From contig JBHLOI010000011.1 of assembly GCA_048940645.1 (NCBI GenBank), forward strand, positions 14,103 to 78,102: a stretch of 64,000 nt of DNA, given 5' to 3'. This stretch comes from Promethearchaeota archaeon (GTDB taxonomy: Archaea > Asgardarchaeota > Lokiarchaeia > Sigyniarchaeales > SOKP01). A model generated the notes under the pieces. The model searched no databases. It saw only the letters and a program-made list of their open reading frames with translations, and had not been told where the DNA came from. This document shows positions 51,343 to 59,651 of this stretch, piece by piece; within the stretch, counting starts at the first letter, position 1, and each line of letters starts with the position of its first letter. Both the position numbers and the translations under genes were made by a program.

Positions 51343-51876
51343 ATGTCATTTTATGTACCAAAAGTATTATATGAAAATGAAATTGCTGAAGTGCTAGATG
51401 AAATTCGATATAGCTATGGAAAGTTAACGAGAAAGGGATTTATTTACGGTCTAATTGCTATCGATCAAGATGCAAAAATTATTGCAATCGATTCACGATT
51501 TGATCGTAAATTGAATTATTGGGATTTGAGCTCTATTGGAGCAGCATTATATGGAGTTGCTCGTCAAGCTCAAGATTTCTTTGATACTCAAGCTTTAATT
51601 AGAGCCACATTGATTTTTAAAGATTTACAATTATACGTTAAATCGGTCGGTTATGTGGATCTTCCACAAAAGGGAAAGAGAGAGATCTTAGTTATCTTAT
51701 TGGTTAACAATGAAGTAAATATTGGTGTTCTTATTTTACAAATGACCAAATTCGCAGAAAAAATTCGCAATGCCATTAAAAGAAACAATGAAGTAATGAC
51801 TAAATTAGAAATGAATGAAGCAGAGCTTAAGAAATATCTTAAAAATCTAAAACAGAAGGTATTTGGATCTACATAA
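51343..51876 (+). CDS. mglB: Roadblock/LC7 (MglB-like) protein
   Basis: 177 aa from ATG 51343 (MSFYVPK...). Roadblock-like pattern 'GFIYGLIAIDQDAKIIAIDS..LSSIGAALYGVARQA..ILVILLVNNEVNIGVL'. The track start at 51211 lies upstream of the promoter element at 51284..51300. Confidence 0.6.
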   Translation: MSFYVPKVLYENEIAEVLDEIRYSYGKLTRKGFIYGLIAIDQDAKIIAIDSRFDRKLNYWDLSSIGAALYGVARQAQDFFDTQALIRATLIFKDLQLYVKSVGYVDLPQKGKREILVILLVNNEVNIGVLILQMTKFAEKIRNAIKRNNEVMTKLEMNEAELKKYLKNLKQKVFGST

Positions 51877-52579
51877 GACATTTATGGAGGAGGATATCAT
51901 ATTGTCAGTAGGTTCAAATGATGTAGAAGATATTAAGAAGAGTGAAATAGAAATGAGCAAGGAAACTACTCCAAAGGCTCTTAAGGAAATTTTACAATTT
52001 AAAATTGTATACTGGGGTCCGGGTGAATCTGGAAAAACAACCAATTATTTTCGATTACGTGAAAAGTTTAATGGAATAATATTAAATAAAGGAGTCTCAA
52101 TTGAAACTACGGATGGAAGAACTCTATGGCAAGATTCTATTAGAATTTCTTTCTTTCTAAATCTTGGAGATGTAAAATTCAACATAATTGCTCAGATAGT
52201 AACATGTACCGGTCAAGAACGCTTTCTCCAAACCAGAGAATATGTACTTGATGGAGCCGACGGAGTGGTTTTTGTTGGAGATTCTAAATATCAAAAAATG
52301 GAACAAAATAAACGTAGCTTTCGGGAATTAGTAAGCTTTACCAAGAAGACTAAAATTCCTTATGTAATACAACTAAATAAGAGAGATATAGAGGATGCCA
52401 TAGCAATTGAAGAGTTTAAAAAGCAACTAGGTTTACCATCATCTGATTTTTATAAAGATGGAACAGCAGTGGTGTATCCAGTAATTGCATTAAGTGGAGA
52501 AAACGTAAAAGAATGCTTTGAAGATTTGATTATTCAGGTTATCTTCAATTATTTTAAGAATAAACTCAATCTAATTTAA
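51863..52579 (+). CDS. mglA: MglA-family small GTPase
   Basis: 'KIVYWGPGESGKTTN' (MglA 'KIVYYGPGLCGKTTN'). G3 is 'TCTGQ' with Thr in place of Asp, as in MglA 'TVPGQ'. Also 'GADGVVFVGDS' and 'IPYVIQLNKRD'. The start could instead be ATG 51884. Confidence 0.8.
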   Translation: MDLHKTFMEEDIILSVGSNDVEDIKKSEIEMSKETTPKALKEILQFKIVYWGPGESGKTTNYFRLREKFNGIILNKGVSIETTDGRTLWQDSIRISFFLNLGDVKFNIIAQIVTCTGQERFLQTREYVLDGADGVVFVGDSKYQKMEQNKRSFRELVSFTKKTKIPYVIQLNKRDIEDAIAIEEFKKQLGLPSSDFYKDGTAVVYPVIALSGENVKECFEDLIIQVIFNYFKNKLNLI

Positions 52580-52605
52580 GTTTTAATTGAACCATTATTT
52601 TTTAG

Positions 52606-53784
52606 GTGGATCCTTTGGATACGGGTTATGATTTTATACAACCAGAATTTTTAAACATTCTGTTCTTTCAACAAAAAAGCCTAGTTATAGCTCCCTATGT
52701 AGATTTGAAACATCTTCATTCTCTTGAAATTTTCACAGTCGGTTATAACGTAGTTGATTTAGATTCCACAGCACTACATAATATCAGTGAGATCGTTGAA
52801 CTAGAAAATAATAATTCTTATTCTCAAACTCCATGCTTCTTCTTTATAACTAATATTAACAGCAATCAACTTCATGAAATAATAGAATTAGATAATATCC
52901 ATTGCGTTATTAATGCATGTGAGAAAATTGATTCCACCATTAATAATGGACGTTTTGTTTTTTATAATAAAAAGAATGGATCTTTTTTAAATTATGATCC
53001 AACTAAAATTAATTTAGAATTTGAAAAACAGCTAATTAATAATTCTAAAAATAAATCTATTTTGCAGGATAAAATTTTGCGAATAAAAAGTATTGCTACC
53101 ACTATTTTCACTGAATTGAATGAAGAATTAAACATAAATAGCCGTAAAATTTCTCAGATCCTCTCTGAATATGATCCTAAATATTGGGATAAAATCCTTG
53201 ATTTTACACGACGCTATTATAAAATTGAGATTCCTAAAGCTGATATTAAGTTCTCTTTCAACAAAAAATCAAAACATTCAAATAAAAAATCGTTAATTGA
53301 TTTCTCAGATGAGTATCATACTATTGTATCTAGCAATAAAAAACTTGGTCGTGAATTTATTCAACTACTTCATGATTACCGCAGCAGAAGAGTAAATCCT
53401 TCAAATTTAGATTTGGAACAACTATATAATCCTCAAAAACTCTATGAATATTTACGAAATAATCATTGGAAAAATGGAATTGATCGGGAATTTTTAACTG
53501 AATGGCAAAGAATGAACAATACAAAATATACATTAGATAAGGATGATCTCTCTGATTTTTATAGAATATTTAACATTCTTAAAGTTCCTGAGGATATATT
53601 AATCAATTTCTCAACAGAAATAATGAATTATGATGAGCCTTTTGCCAGTAACAAAGAAGTAATATTTTCAGAACAAAATAATAATAAAGACTCGCAATCT
53701 AATTCAAATCCTTCAATTAAAAACTTCCCACAATTCAAAAAATGGGTATTAAAAAAATTAGATGAAATTGAAAAATTGCTTTAA
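52606..53784 (+). CDS. Hypothetical protein downstream of mglBA (non-ATG start)
   Basis: 392-aa ORF beginning 26 nt after the mglA stop. There is no in-frame ATG for more than 300 codons. The start is GTG 52606 or TTG 52615, preceded by 'AGGTGG'. Confidence 0.45.
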   Translation: MDPLDTGYDFIQPEFLNILFFQQKSLVIAPYVDLKHLHSLEIFTVGYNVVDLDSTALHNISEIVELENNNSYSQTPCFFFITNINSNQLHEIIELDNIHCVINACEKIDSTINNGRFVFYNKKNGSFLNYDPTKINLEFEKQLINNSKNKSILQDKILRIKSIATTIFTELNEELNINSRKISQILSEYDPKYWDKILDFTRRYYKIEIPKADIKFSFNKKSKHSNKKSLIDFSDEYHTIVSSNKKLGREFIQLLHDYRSRRVNPSNLDLEQLYNPQKLYEYLRNNHWKNGIDREFLTEWQRMNNTKYTLDKDDLSDFYRIFNILKVPEDILINFSTEIMNYDEPFASNKEVIFSEQNNNKDSQSNSNPSIKNFPQFKKWVLKKLDEIEKLL

Positions 53785-53790
53785 TTACAA

Positions 53791-53807
53791 TTTTTTCCTT
53801 TAAATAA
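53791..53807 (+). promoter_or_regulatory. Promoter element (leaderless geometry)
   Basis: 'ttttttcctttaaataa', 20 nt upstream of ATG 53828. Confidence 0.45.
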
Positions 53808-53827
53808 GTTTAGTTAATAAAAAAATT

Positions 53828-54214
53828 ATGATGATTCAAGAACCAATTAAAAGGAAAACAAATCTACCTGTTGCACAATGTAGAATATGTCATACTGATA
53901 CAAAAAAACAATCTAAAATCTTAAAATTGGGAAATAATTATGAGATAATTTGTAGTGAATGCTCCAAAATGTTTTCACTTGAAGACATTCATTTAATGTA
54001 TAATATGTTTACTGCCTTTGGTGGATATTTCGGGATGCTAAAAGATACTGTATCTTCTACATATAAAATTATAACCAAATTAGTAAAAGAATATGATTTA
54101 CAAGAAAAGGATTTAAAACCAACTGAAGTTGATGTAAAAGTTCTTTATAAAGCATTGCTCTACGGTATTACTCCGAGGCAGCTAATACAAGGTGTTAAAT
54201 TGCTACATGAGTAA
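53828..54214 (+). CDS. C4 zinc-finger protein, paralog of 40834..41214
   Basis: 'CRICHT..(20)..IICSECSKMFSLEDIHLM', 'GGYFGML', 'YKALLYGITP'. Confidence 0.55.
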   Translation: MMIQEPIKRKTNLPVAQCRICHTDTKKQSKILKLGNNYEIICSECSKMFSLEDIHLMYNMFTAFGGYFGMLKDTVSSTYKIITKLVKEYDLQEKDLKPTEVDVKVLYKALLYGITPRQLIQGVKLLHE

Positions 54215-54320
54215 TTTCTAATTAAGATAGAATTATCATATTATCTGAAAAAATTTTAGAGATCTTTAAATAATGAGAATCATACATTTTTTTTAGTAGA
54301 CTTATATCCGGTTTACAAAA

Positions 54321-54500
54321 ATGGATAAGGAATATCACTGTCCTCGATGTCAAAATCGTAATATAATTGAATATCAGGATTCAATTGAATGCCCTAGATG
54401 TGAGCTTGATTTTGATAAAAAAGATTTAACACTCTATGACGATGATCAAATTCTTTCTCTTCAAGAAAAATCAGGTTTCATTAATTCTTTTGATGATTAA
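54321..54500 (+). CDS. Possible 59-aa zinc-ribbon protein (below the ORF-track cutoff)
   Basis: My translation is MDKEYHCPRCQNRNIIEYQDSIECPRCELDFDKKDL..., with two CPxC pairs. Confidence 0.4.
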   Translation: MDKEYHCPRCQNRNIIEYQDSIECPRCELDFDKKDLTLYDDDQILSLQEKSGFINSFDD

Positions 54501-54588
54501 CGACATTAAAAAATTCTTAATTGTATTTAAAAATAAAAAAATTAATTCTCTCTCTTTTATTATTAAAGTTCTTTTTTTTTAAGTTTAT

Positions 54589-55059
54589 ATGGAAAAACCA
54601 ATCTCATATTTTGATTGGAAATTACATTTTCGGAATAATCTTCCTCATAAAAATAGAAAAAAATCAGCTAATACCAAATCGATTTCTTTAAATGAATTTA
54701 AAGAGTTATTACAGAACTTTTATAAAAAAGAGAGTCTACTTAAAAGTGGAGGGATATTATCTTCTCAATTTGATTTTCAAAATTTAAATTTATCTAATGG
54801 AATGATTATATGTACTATTAAAAATCCATCTGCTCAGGATTATGAAATTGAGATTAATAAAGAAGGCATGTATATACACCATAGATGTCAAGAATTTCGG
54901 AATCTCAATAAATTTGAAAAATATTTTTGTTCTCATATAATACGGTTATTCTTCATATTAAAGGAAAATGATAGACAGAAAACAGAAGATTTATTAGATC
55001 ATATATCTTCAAATGACTACAATTTCTTCCCAAACATTAAAAAAAAGACAAAGAAGTAA
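54589..55059 (+). CDS. Small protein with a SWIM-like motif
   Basis: 'HHRCQEFRNLNKFEKYFCSHIIRLF' (HxCx13CxH). Confidence 0.35.
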   Translation: MEKPISYFDWKLHFRNNLPHKNRKKSANTKSISLNEFKELLQNFYKKESLLKSGGILSSQFDFQNLNLSNGMIICTIKNPSAQDYEIEINKEGMYIHHRCQEFRNLNKFEKYFCSHIIRLFFILKENDRQKTEDLLDHISSNDYNFFPNIKKKTKK

Positions 55060-55265
55060 AATTTTGGAATTATTATGAAATTAATTTTTCGAGTACTTTA
55101 AATAACTTAATTAGGATACCAATTTGATCACAAATTTTCAATAGTCTATTCCTATAATTCCTACTCATTGGATGCTATTATTTTCGGAAATATGTTTCCT
55201 ACATATTTCCTCCTATTTTTCAGTTTCAAAGTCTATGACTATAGAATAAGGATAGAGTAAGACAA

Positions 55266-56816
55266 TCATATTTCAAACTTATCGTTCTTTTCTTTCTTTT
55301 TCTTCAAATTTTGCCTATCTTTTTTATCTTCATATAGTTTAACAGGCTTAGAGTAGTCAATAGGCATATCACATATCCAACAAACATTCTCTAGAGCGGT
55401 TATTGCTCGAGCGCAATTTTCGCAATAAATAGCTCCACACTTACATATGTATGAAAATCTTAGTACTTCACCTCGACAGACTAAGCAAATTTTAGTCTCT
55501 TTGGTAATTGCTACTTTCTCCTCCCTAACATAAGCCGTAGGTATAGTAGGATTTCGAATCATACCCTTAATCTGCTCATCTAAGCGAGCTAAATCAGCAC
55601 GATCTGCCATAGAAGCACCATCACTTTCTAATTTTTGCCATAAGTCTTCCTTTTTAAGTAAATCATCATATTCTTTAGCAATTTTGATCGACAATTGAGT
55701 AAGACCAAATCTTCCAGCTACCTGTTGAGCTTGAGTTAAAAACCGTTTAGCTTTCTTCACATCAAAAGTTAATAATGATAACTTTGCCTGTAAAAGGTGA
55801 GTTTCACACAGAATCCAGTAGGACTGCTGCTGCTCACTAAAATCTATTAATTTTTGGATATATGGTTGTATCTCATCTATTATTTCAGGATAATTAGTAA
55901 TACGCAGTTCAATAAGGAGTAAATCACAAATATTAATAATGGTAAAAATACGTTTTTTAGCCCAAACTGATTTTATACCACTAGAAATTTCTTCAGTTTC
56001 AATAATTTGTTTAAAAATTTTTTCAGATTTAACTCTATCTTTTGAACGTAGGCTCATTTTCAACATTAAAGCTTTATAATAGCGATATAAAACGTTATTC
56101 ACTTCACTTTTATCCTTTTCTCTAATCTCACTCATTTGACGGAAGTAATAATTTGCTTCTTTAATATCACCCTTATCAAGCAAAATATCAATCATAAATC
56201 CTAGCTGATATATTAACCAAGGTTGATATTGAATTTTAATAGCTCTCTCTGCATATAATTTCGCCTTTTCATAATCACCCAAAAATTCGTATTTTTCAGC
56301 AATATTAATAAGACTTGCCGAGGTAAGTTCTTTATTTTTACTGCCCTTTGCAAGTTCAAAAGCTTTTTTATTAAGTTCAAGAGATCGTTGAATCTCTCCT
56401 TTCCAAGTGAAAATATTAGCTTTTATTCTGACCAAAAAAGACTCTCGTTCTCTTAAATCTATTGTTGAAGCTACTTTAATTTTCTTAAAAATATCTTCTG
56501 TTTTTATCATTAAATTTTCAGTTTTACTCACATTCCCTTGCATTATATGAGAAAATGCTTGAATCAGTAAAACATCTAAATATGTGAGTAAATCTTCTTG
56601 TTTCTGACATTCTTGTGATAATTTTTCAGCATGAGCAATTACTTCTGTGAATCGACCTGATTTATAGACCAGGTTTAATTTTACAAGTTTAAAGGAAAGT
56701 AATTCTTTAGGAGAAAAATCGTCTCTTTTTTCTAATTCTAAAACAATTTGAGAGGATTCCTTAATTTTCCCCTCTTCCATAAGCTTTTTTGCTTGAATCA
56801 ATTTTTTTGATAACAA
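55266..56816 (-). CDS. TPR-repeat protein with a C-terminal eight-Cys (RING-like / double zinc-ribbon) module
   Basis: Multiple TPR-like helices. The C-terminus is 'CLVCRGEVLRFSYICKCGAIYCENCARAITALENVCWIC'. Confidence 0.55.
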   Translation of the reverse strand: MLSKKLIQAKKLMEEGKIKESSQIVLELEKRDDFSPKELLSFKLVKLNLVYKSGRFTEVIAHAEKLSQECQKQEDLLTYLDVLLIQAFSHIMQGNVSKTENLMIKTEDIFKKIKVASTIDLRERESFLVRIKANIFTWKGEIQRSLELNKKAFELAKGSKNKELTSASLINIAEKYEFLGDYEKAKLYAERAIKIQYQPWLIYQLGFMIDILLDKGDIKEANYYFRQMSEIREKDKSEVNNVLYRYYKALMLKMSLRSKDRVKSEKIFKQIIETEEISSGIKSVWAKKRIFTIINICDLLLIELRITNYPEIIDEIQPYIQKLIDFSEQQQSYWILCETHLLQAKLSLLTFDVKKAKRFLTQAQQVAGRFGLTQLSIKIAKEYDDLLKKEDLWQKLESDGASMADRADLARLDEQIKGMIRNPTIPTAYVREEKVAITKETKICLVCRGEVLRFSYICKCGAIYCENCARAITALENVCWICDMPIDYSKPVKLYEDKKDRQNLKKKKEKNDKFEI

Positions 56817-56950
56817 TTCTATTTCTCTTTAGCTTTACTCCTCTCTATAATTTCTTAAAAGATCTAAATAAGGAATTCTAAGTATTCTAAAAATTCGCTT
56901 TAATAGATATTATTATCTCAATCTTTAAAAATCTAATAAAATTAAAAAGT

Positions 56951-57883
56951 CTAAAGCTTATCTCGTAAAAAGAGCATTATTGCTTTTTGACTATGGAGTC
57001 GATTTTCTGCTTCATCAAAAACTATTGAGTGGGGGCCATCAATTACTTCTGCTGTTTGTTCATATCCTCGCATTGCTGGTAAACAATTCATAAAAATTAC
57101 ATCATCTTTAGCTATCTCTATAATTTTTGAATTAACTTGGAATGGCATAAAAGCCATTTTCCTTTCCTCTTCTTTCTCAATTGGTATTCCATAGCTCATC
57201 CAAGAATCAGTATAGATAATATCTGAATCTTTTGCTGCTTCAAAAGCATTATGCAAAACATTTACTTCAGCTCCAGTTGTTTTTGATAACTTTTCAACTT
57301 CATCCAAAACAATTTGTTCTGGAGTGTATCCATCTCCATTGGGACAAGCAACATCCATCTTCAAACCATATAGGGCGCATATTCGCATCAAATCGTATGT
57401 AACGTTATTATATGCATCTCCAAAATACGACATTTTTAAATTAGATAACTGACCTTTTTTTTCTTTAATGGTCATAAAATCTGCGAGAATCTGACAAGGA
57501 TGAGCAAAGTCATCAAGCATATTAATAACTGGAACATCGGAATGTTTTGCGAGATCCCAAATATCTTCTCTTTTGAAAACTCGAGCAGCAATTAAATTAA
57601 CATACCGAGATGCAACTTTAGCTGTATCATGAATGTTTTCTTTTTTGCCAAGAGGAGAATCCTTTATCGAGTAAAATATGGCATGGCCACCTAACTGTTG
57701 CATCCCTGTTTCAAACGAAATTCTTGTTCTCAGTGATGGTTTCTCAAAAAGCATTAATAATGTTTCGCCTTTTAATGCAGTCATGAAGTTTTCAGGATTT
57801 TTTTTAATTTCAATCGCTTTATTGATTATTTTCTCACATTCTTCTTTAGAGAAATCAGATATTTTTAATAGATGCTGAACCAT
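56951..57883 (-). CDS. Ornithine-carbamoyltransferase-like transcarbamylase with atypical substrate motifs
   Basis: 'FEKPSLRTRISFE', 'HPCQILAD', 'YTDSWMSYG', 'FMNCLPA', 'DEAENRLHSQKA'. The overall layout is that of OTC. Confidence 0.7.
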   Translation of the reverse strand: MVQHLLKISDFSKEECEKIINKAIEIKKNPENFMTALKGETLLMLFEKPSLRTRISFETGMQQLGGHAIFYSIKDSPLGKKENIHDTAKVASRYVNLIAARVFKREDIWDLAKHSDVPVINMLDDFAHPCQILADFMTIKEKKGQLSNLKMSYFGDAYNNVTYDLMRICALYGLKMDVACPNGDGYTPEQIVLDEVEKLSKTTGAEVNVLHNAFEAAKDSDIIYTDSWMSYGIPIEKEEERKMAFMPFQVNSKIIEIAKDDVIFMNCLPAMRGYEQTAEVIDGPHSIVFDEAENRLHSQKAIMLFLRDKL

Positions 57884-57914
57884 TTCTAATATCTCAAAAT
57901 TTTTTATTAATAAT

Positions 57915-57932
57915 TATATATTAAAAAGAAAG
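57915..57932 (-). promoter_or_regulatory. Promoter element (variant) upstream of the OTC-like gene
   Basis: The minus strand reads 'ctttctttttaatatata', 31 nt upstream of ATG 57883. Confidence 0.35.
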
Positions 57933-58003
57933 ATTAGATATAAATCAAATAAAGTTAGTCGTTACTGAGAATTAATTCCTTTAATATTGAGGAAGATCAA
58001 CTT

Positions 58004-59641
58004 TTAGACAGGGCGGCGTAATACTTTTCCTGAAAATATCCGCTTTTGTTTATTATTCTCTACAGCAAAAATTCCATTAACGATTACATAGGGGATACCT
58101 TCAGGAAACTGATGCGGTTCCTCATAAGTTGCTTTATCAATTACGGTATCTGGGTTAAAAATAACAAGATCTGCCCAAAAATCTTCCTTTATTAATCCGC
58201 GATCGGTTAAACCTAATCTTAATGCAGGGAAAGAAGTCATTCTCCGAATTGCATCTTCTAATGTTAATAGTTTTTCTTCTCTAACGTATTTACCTAAAAT
58301 TCGTGGATAGGTTCCATAAAATCGAGGATGATATTTACCAAAATTATGTCTACTTGGAAGGCCTACCCCATCTGTACCAACCATATGATATGTACCTGTC
58401 ATGATCCTACGGATGTCTTCTTCTTCCATTGTTTCAAGGGTTACAGTAGAACCACCCTTATCATCAATTAAAATTGAAAATAAGGTTTCCCACTCATCTT
58501 TCATTCCTTTAATTTTTGTAATTTCCGGAATGCTCTTCCCTTCAATATACTTCCATTTCTCAGATACAACAGAGGATAAGTAAACACATTCAAATCCATT
58601 TCTTCTGATAAAATTTTCCCATCCTTCTTTTTGGTTAGTTGTTTCTTTTTTGATTCTTTCTTGAATCATTTTTTCTTTAATACGTTCAAGTAATTTATCA
58701 GGACCACCTTCATGCACCCATGGTGGAAGTAATGCACTTAGAGTAGTCCATCCTCTATTATAAGGGTATTGATCATAAGTAATACTGATGCCACGATTAT
58801 TTGCTTCAGCTATGAGTTTTAAAGTTTCCTTGCTTTTGCCCCATGAAATTCTACCTGAAACTTTATGATGAGCAATATGGCCACCTCTACATTCAGATTT
58901 TTCTACAATTTCAATACATTCTCTAATTGCATCAATCACGTTTTTTCCTTCATCACGAATATGAGAAAAGTATAATCCACCATATTTGGCAATCACTTTA
59001 GCCACATCTATGATCTCTTTAGTTTTAGCATAAACCTGAGGAGCATAAATTAAACCAGTACTCATTCCAAAGGCACCAGCTTCCATCGCTTCTATGGCGT
59101 ATTCCTTCATCTTCTCAGTTTCAACAGAAGTAGGGGGGCGATTTTCGTATCCAGGTCCACCAGCAATGCGTATATTTTCAAATCCAACCACAGGAACTAA
59201 ATTTAATACGCACTGATCTTTTTCTAATTTAAATAAATATTCTTTAAAAGTATTCCATGTATATTGATAATCTTTATAAAGAGGAATTATACGAGCATAA
59301 AATTTTCGAAATTCTTCGACATGATCGGGATGAATGGGGGCTAAACTATTCCCACACATTCCTATAACATTAGTGGTTATACCTTGACGTATGAAAGATT
59401 CCGCTCTATTATAAATTGGCAGAATATAATCAGTGTGAGAATGCGTATCGATGAATCCTGGGCAGATAATCATCTTAACCGCATTAATCTCTCTGGATCC
59501 TTCATTCCTTATTTTTGATCTTATTTTTTTTATCTTCCCATCTTTTATTCCAATTTCTCCATGATACCATGGATTGCCTGTTCCATCAATAATTCTTCCA
59601 TTTCTAATTATTATATCAAAACTCATTTTTACATATTTCAC
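58004..59641 (-). CDS. D-aminoacylase-like metal-dependent amidohydrolase
   Basis: 'DIIIRNGRIIDGTGNPWYHGEIGIKDGKI', 'PGFIDTHSHTD', 'YDQYPY'. Confidence 0.7.
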   Translation of the reverse strand: MKYVKMSFDIIIRNGRIIDGTGNPWYHGEIGIKDGKIKKIRSKIRNEGSREINAVKMIICPGFIDTHSHTDYILPIYNRAESFIRQGITTNVIGMCGNSLAPIHPDHVEEFRKFYARIIPLYKDYQYTWNTFKEYLFKLEKDQCVLNLVPVVGFENIRIAGGPGYENRPPTSVETEKMKEYAIEAMEAGAFGMSTGLIYAPQVYAKTKEIIDVAKVIAKYGGLYFSHIRDEGKNVIDAIRECIEIVEKSECRGGHIAHHKVSGRISWGKSKETLKLIAEANNRGISITYDQYPYNRGWTTLSALLPPWVHEGGPDKLLERIKEKMIQERIKKETTNQKEGWENFIRRNGFECVYLSSVVSEKWKYIEGKSIPEITKIKGMKDEWETLFSILIDDKGGSTVTLETMEEEDIRRIMTGTYHMVGTDGVGLPSRHNFGKYHPRFYGTYPRILGKYVREEKLLTLEDAIRRMTSFPALRLGLTDRGLIKEDFWADLVIFNPDTVIDKATYEEPHQFPEGIPYVIVNGIFAVENNKQKRIFSGKVLRRPV

Positions 59642-59651
59642 TGTAGAATTT

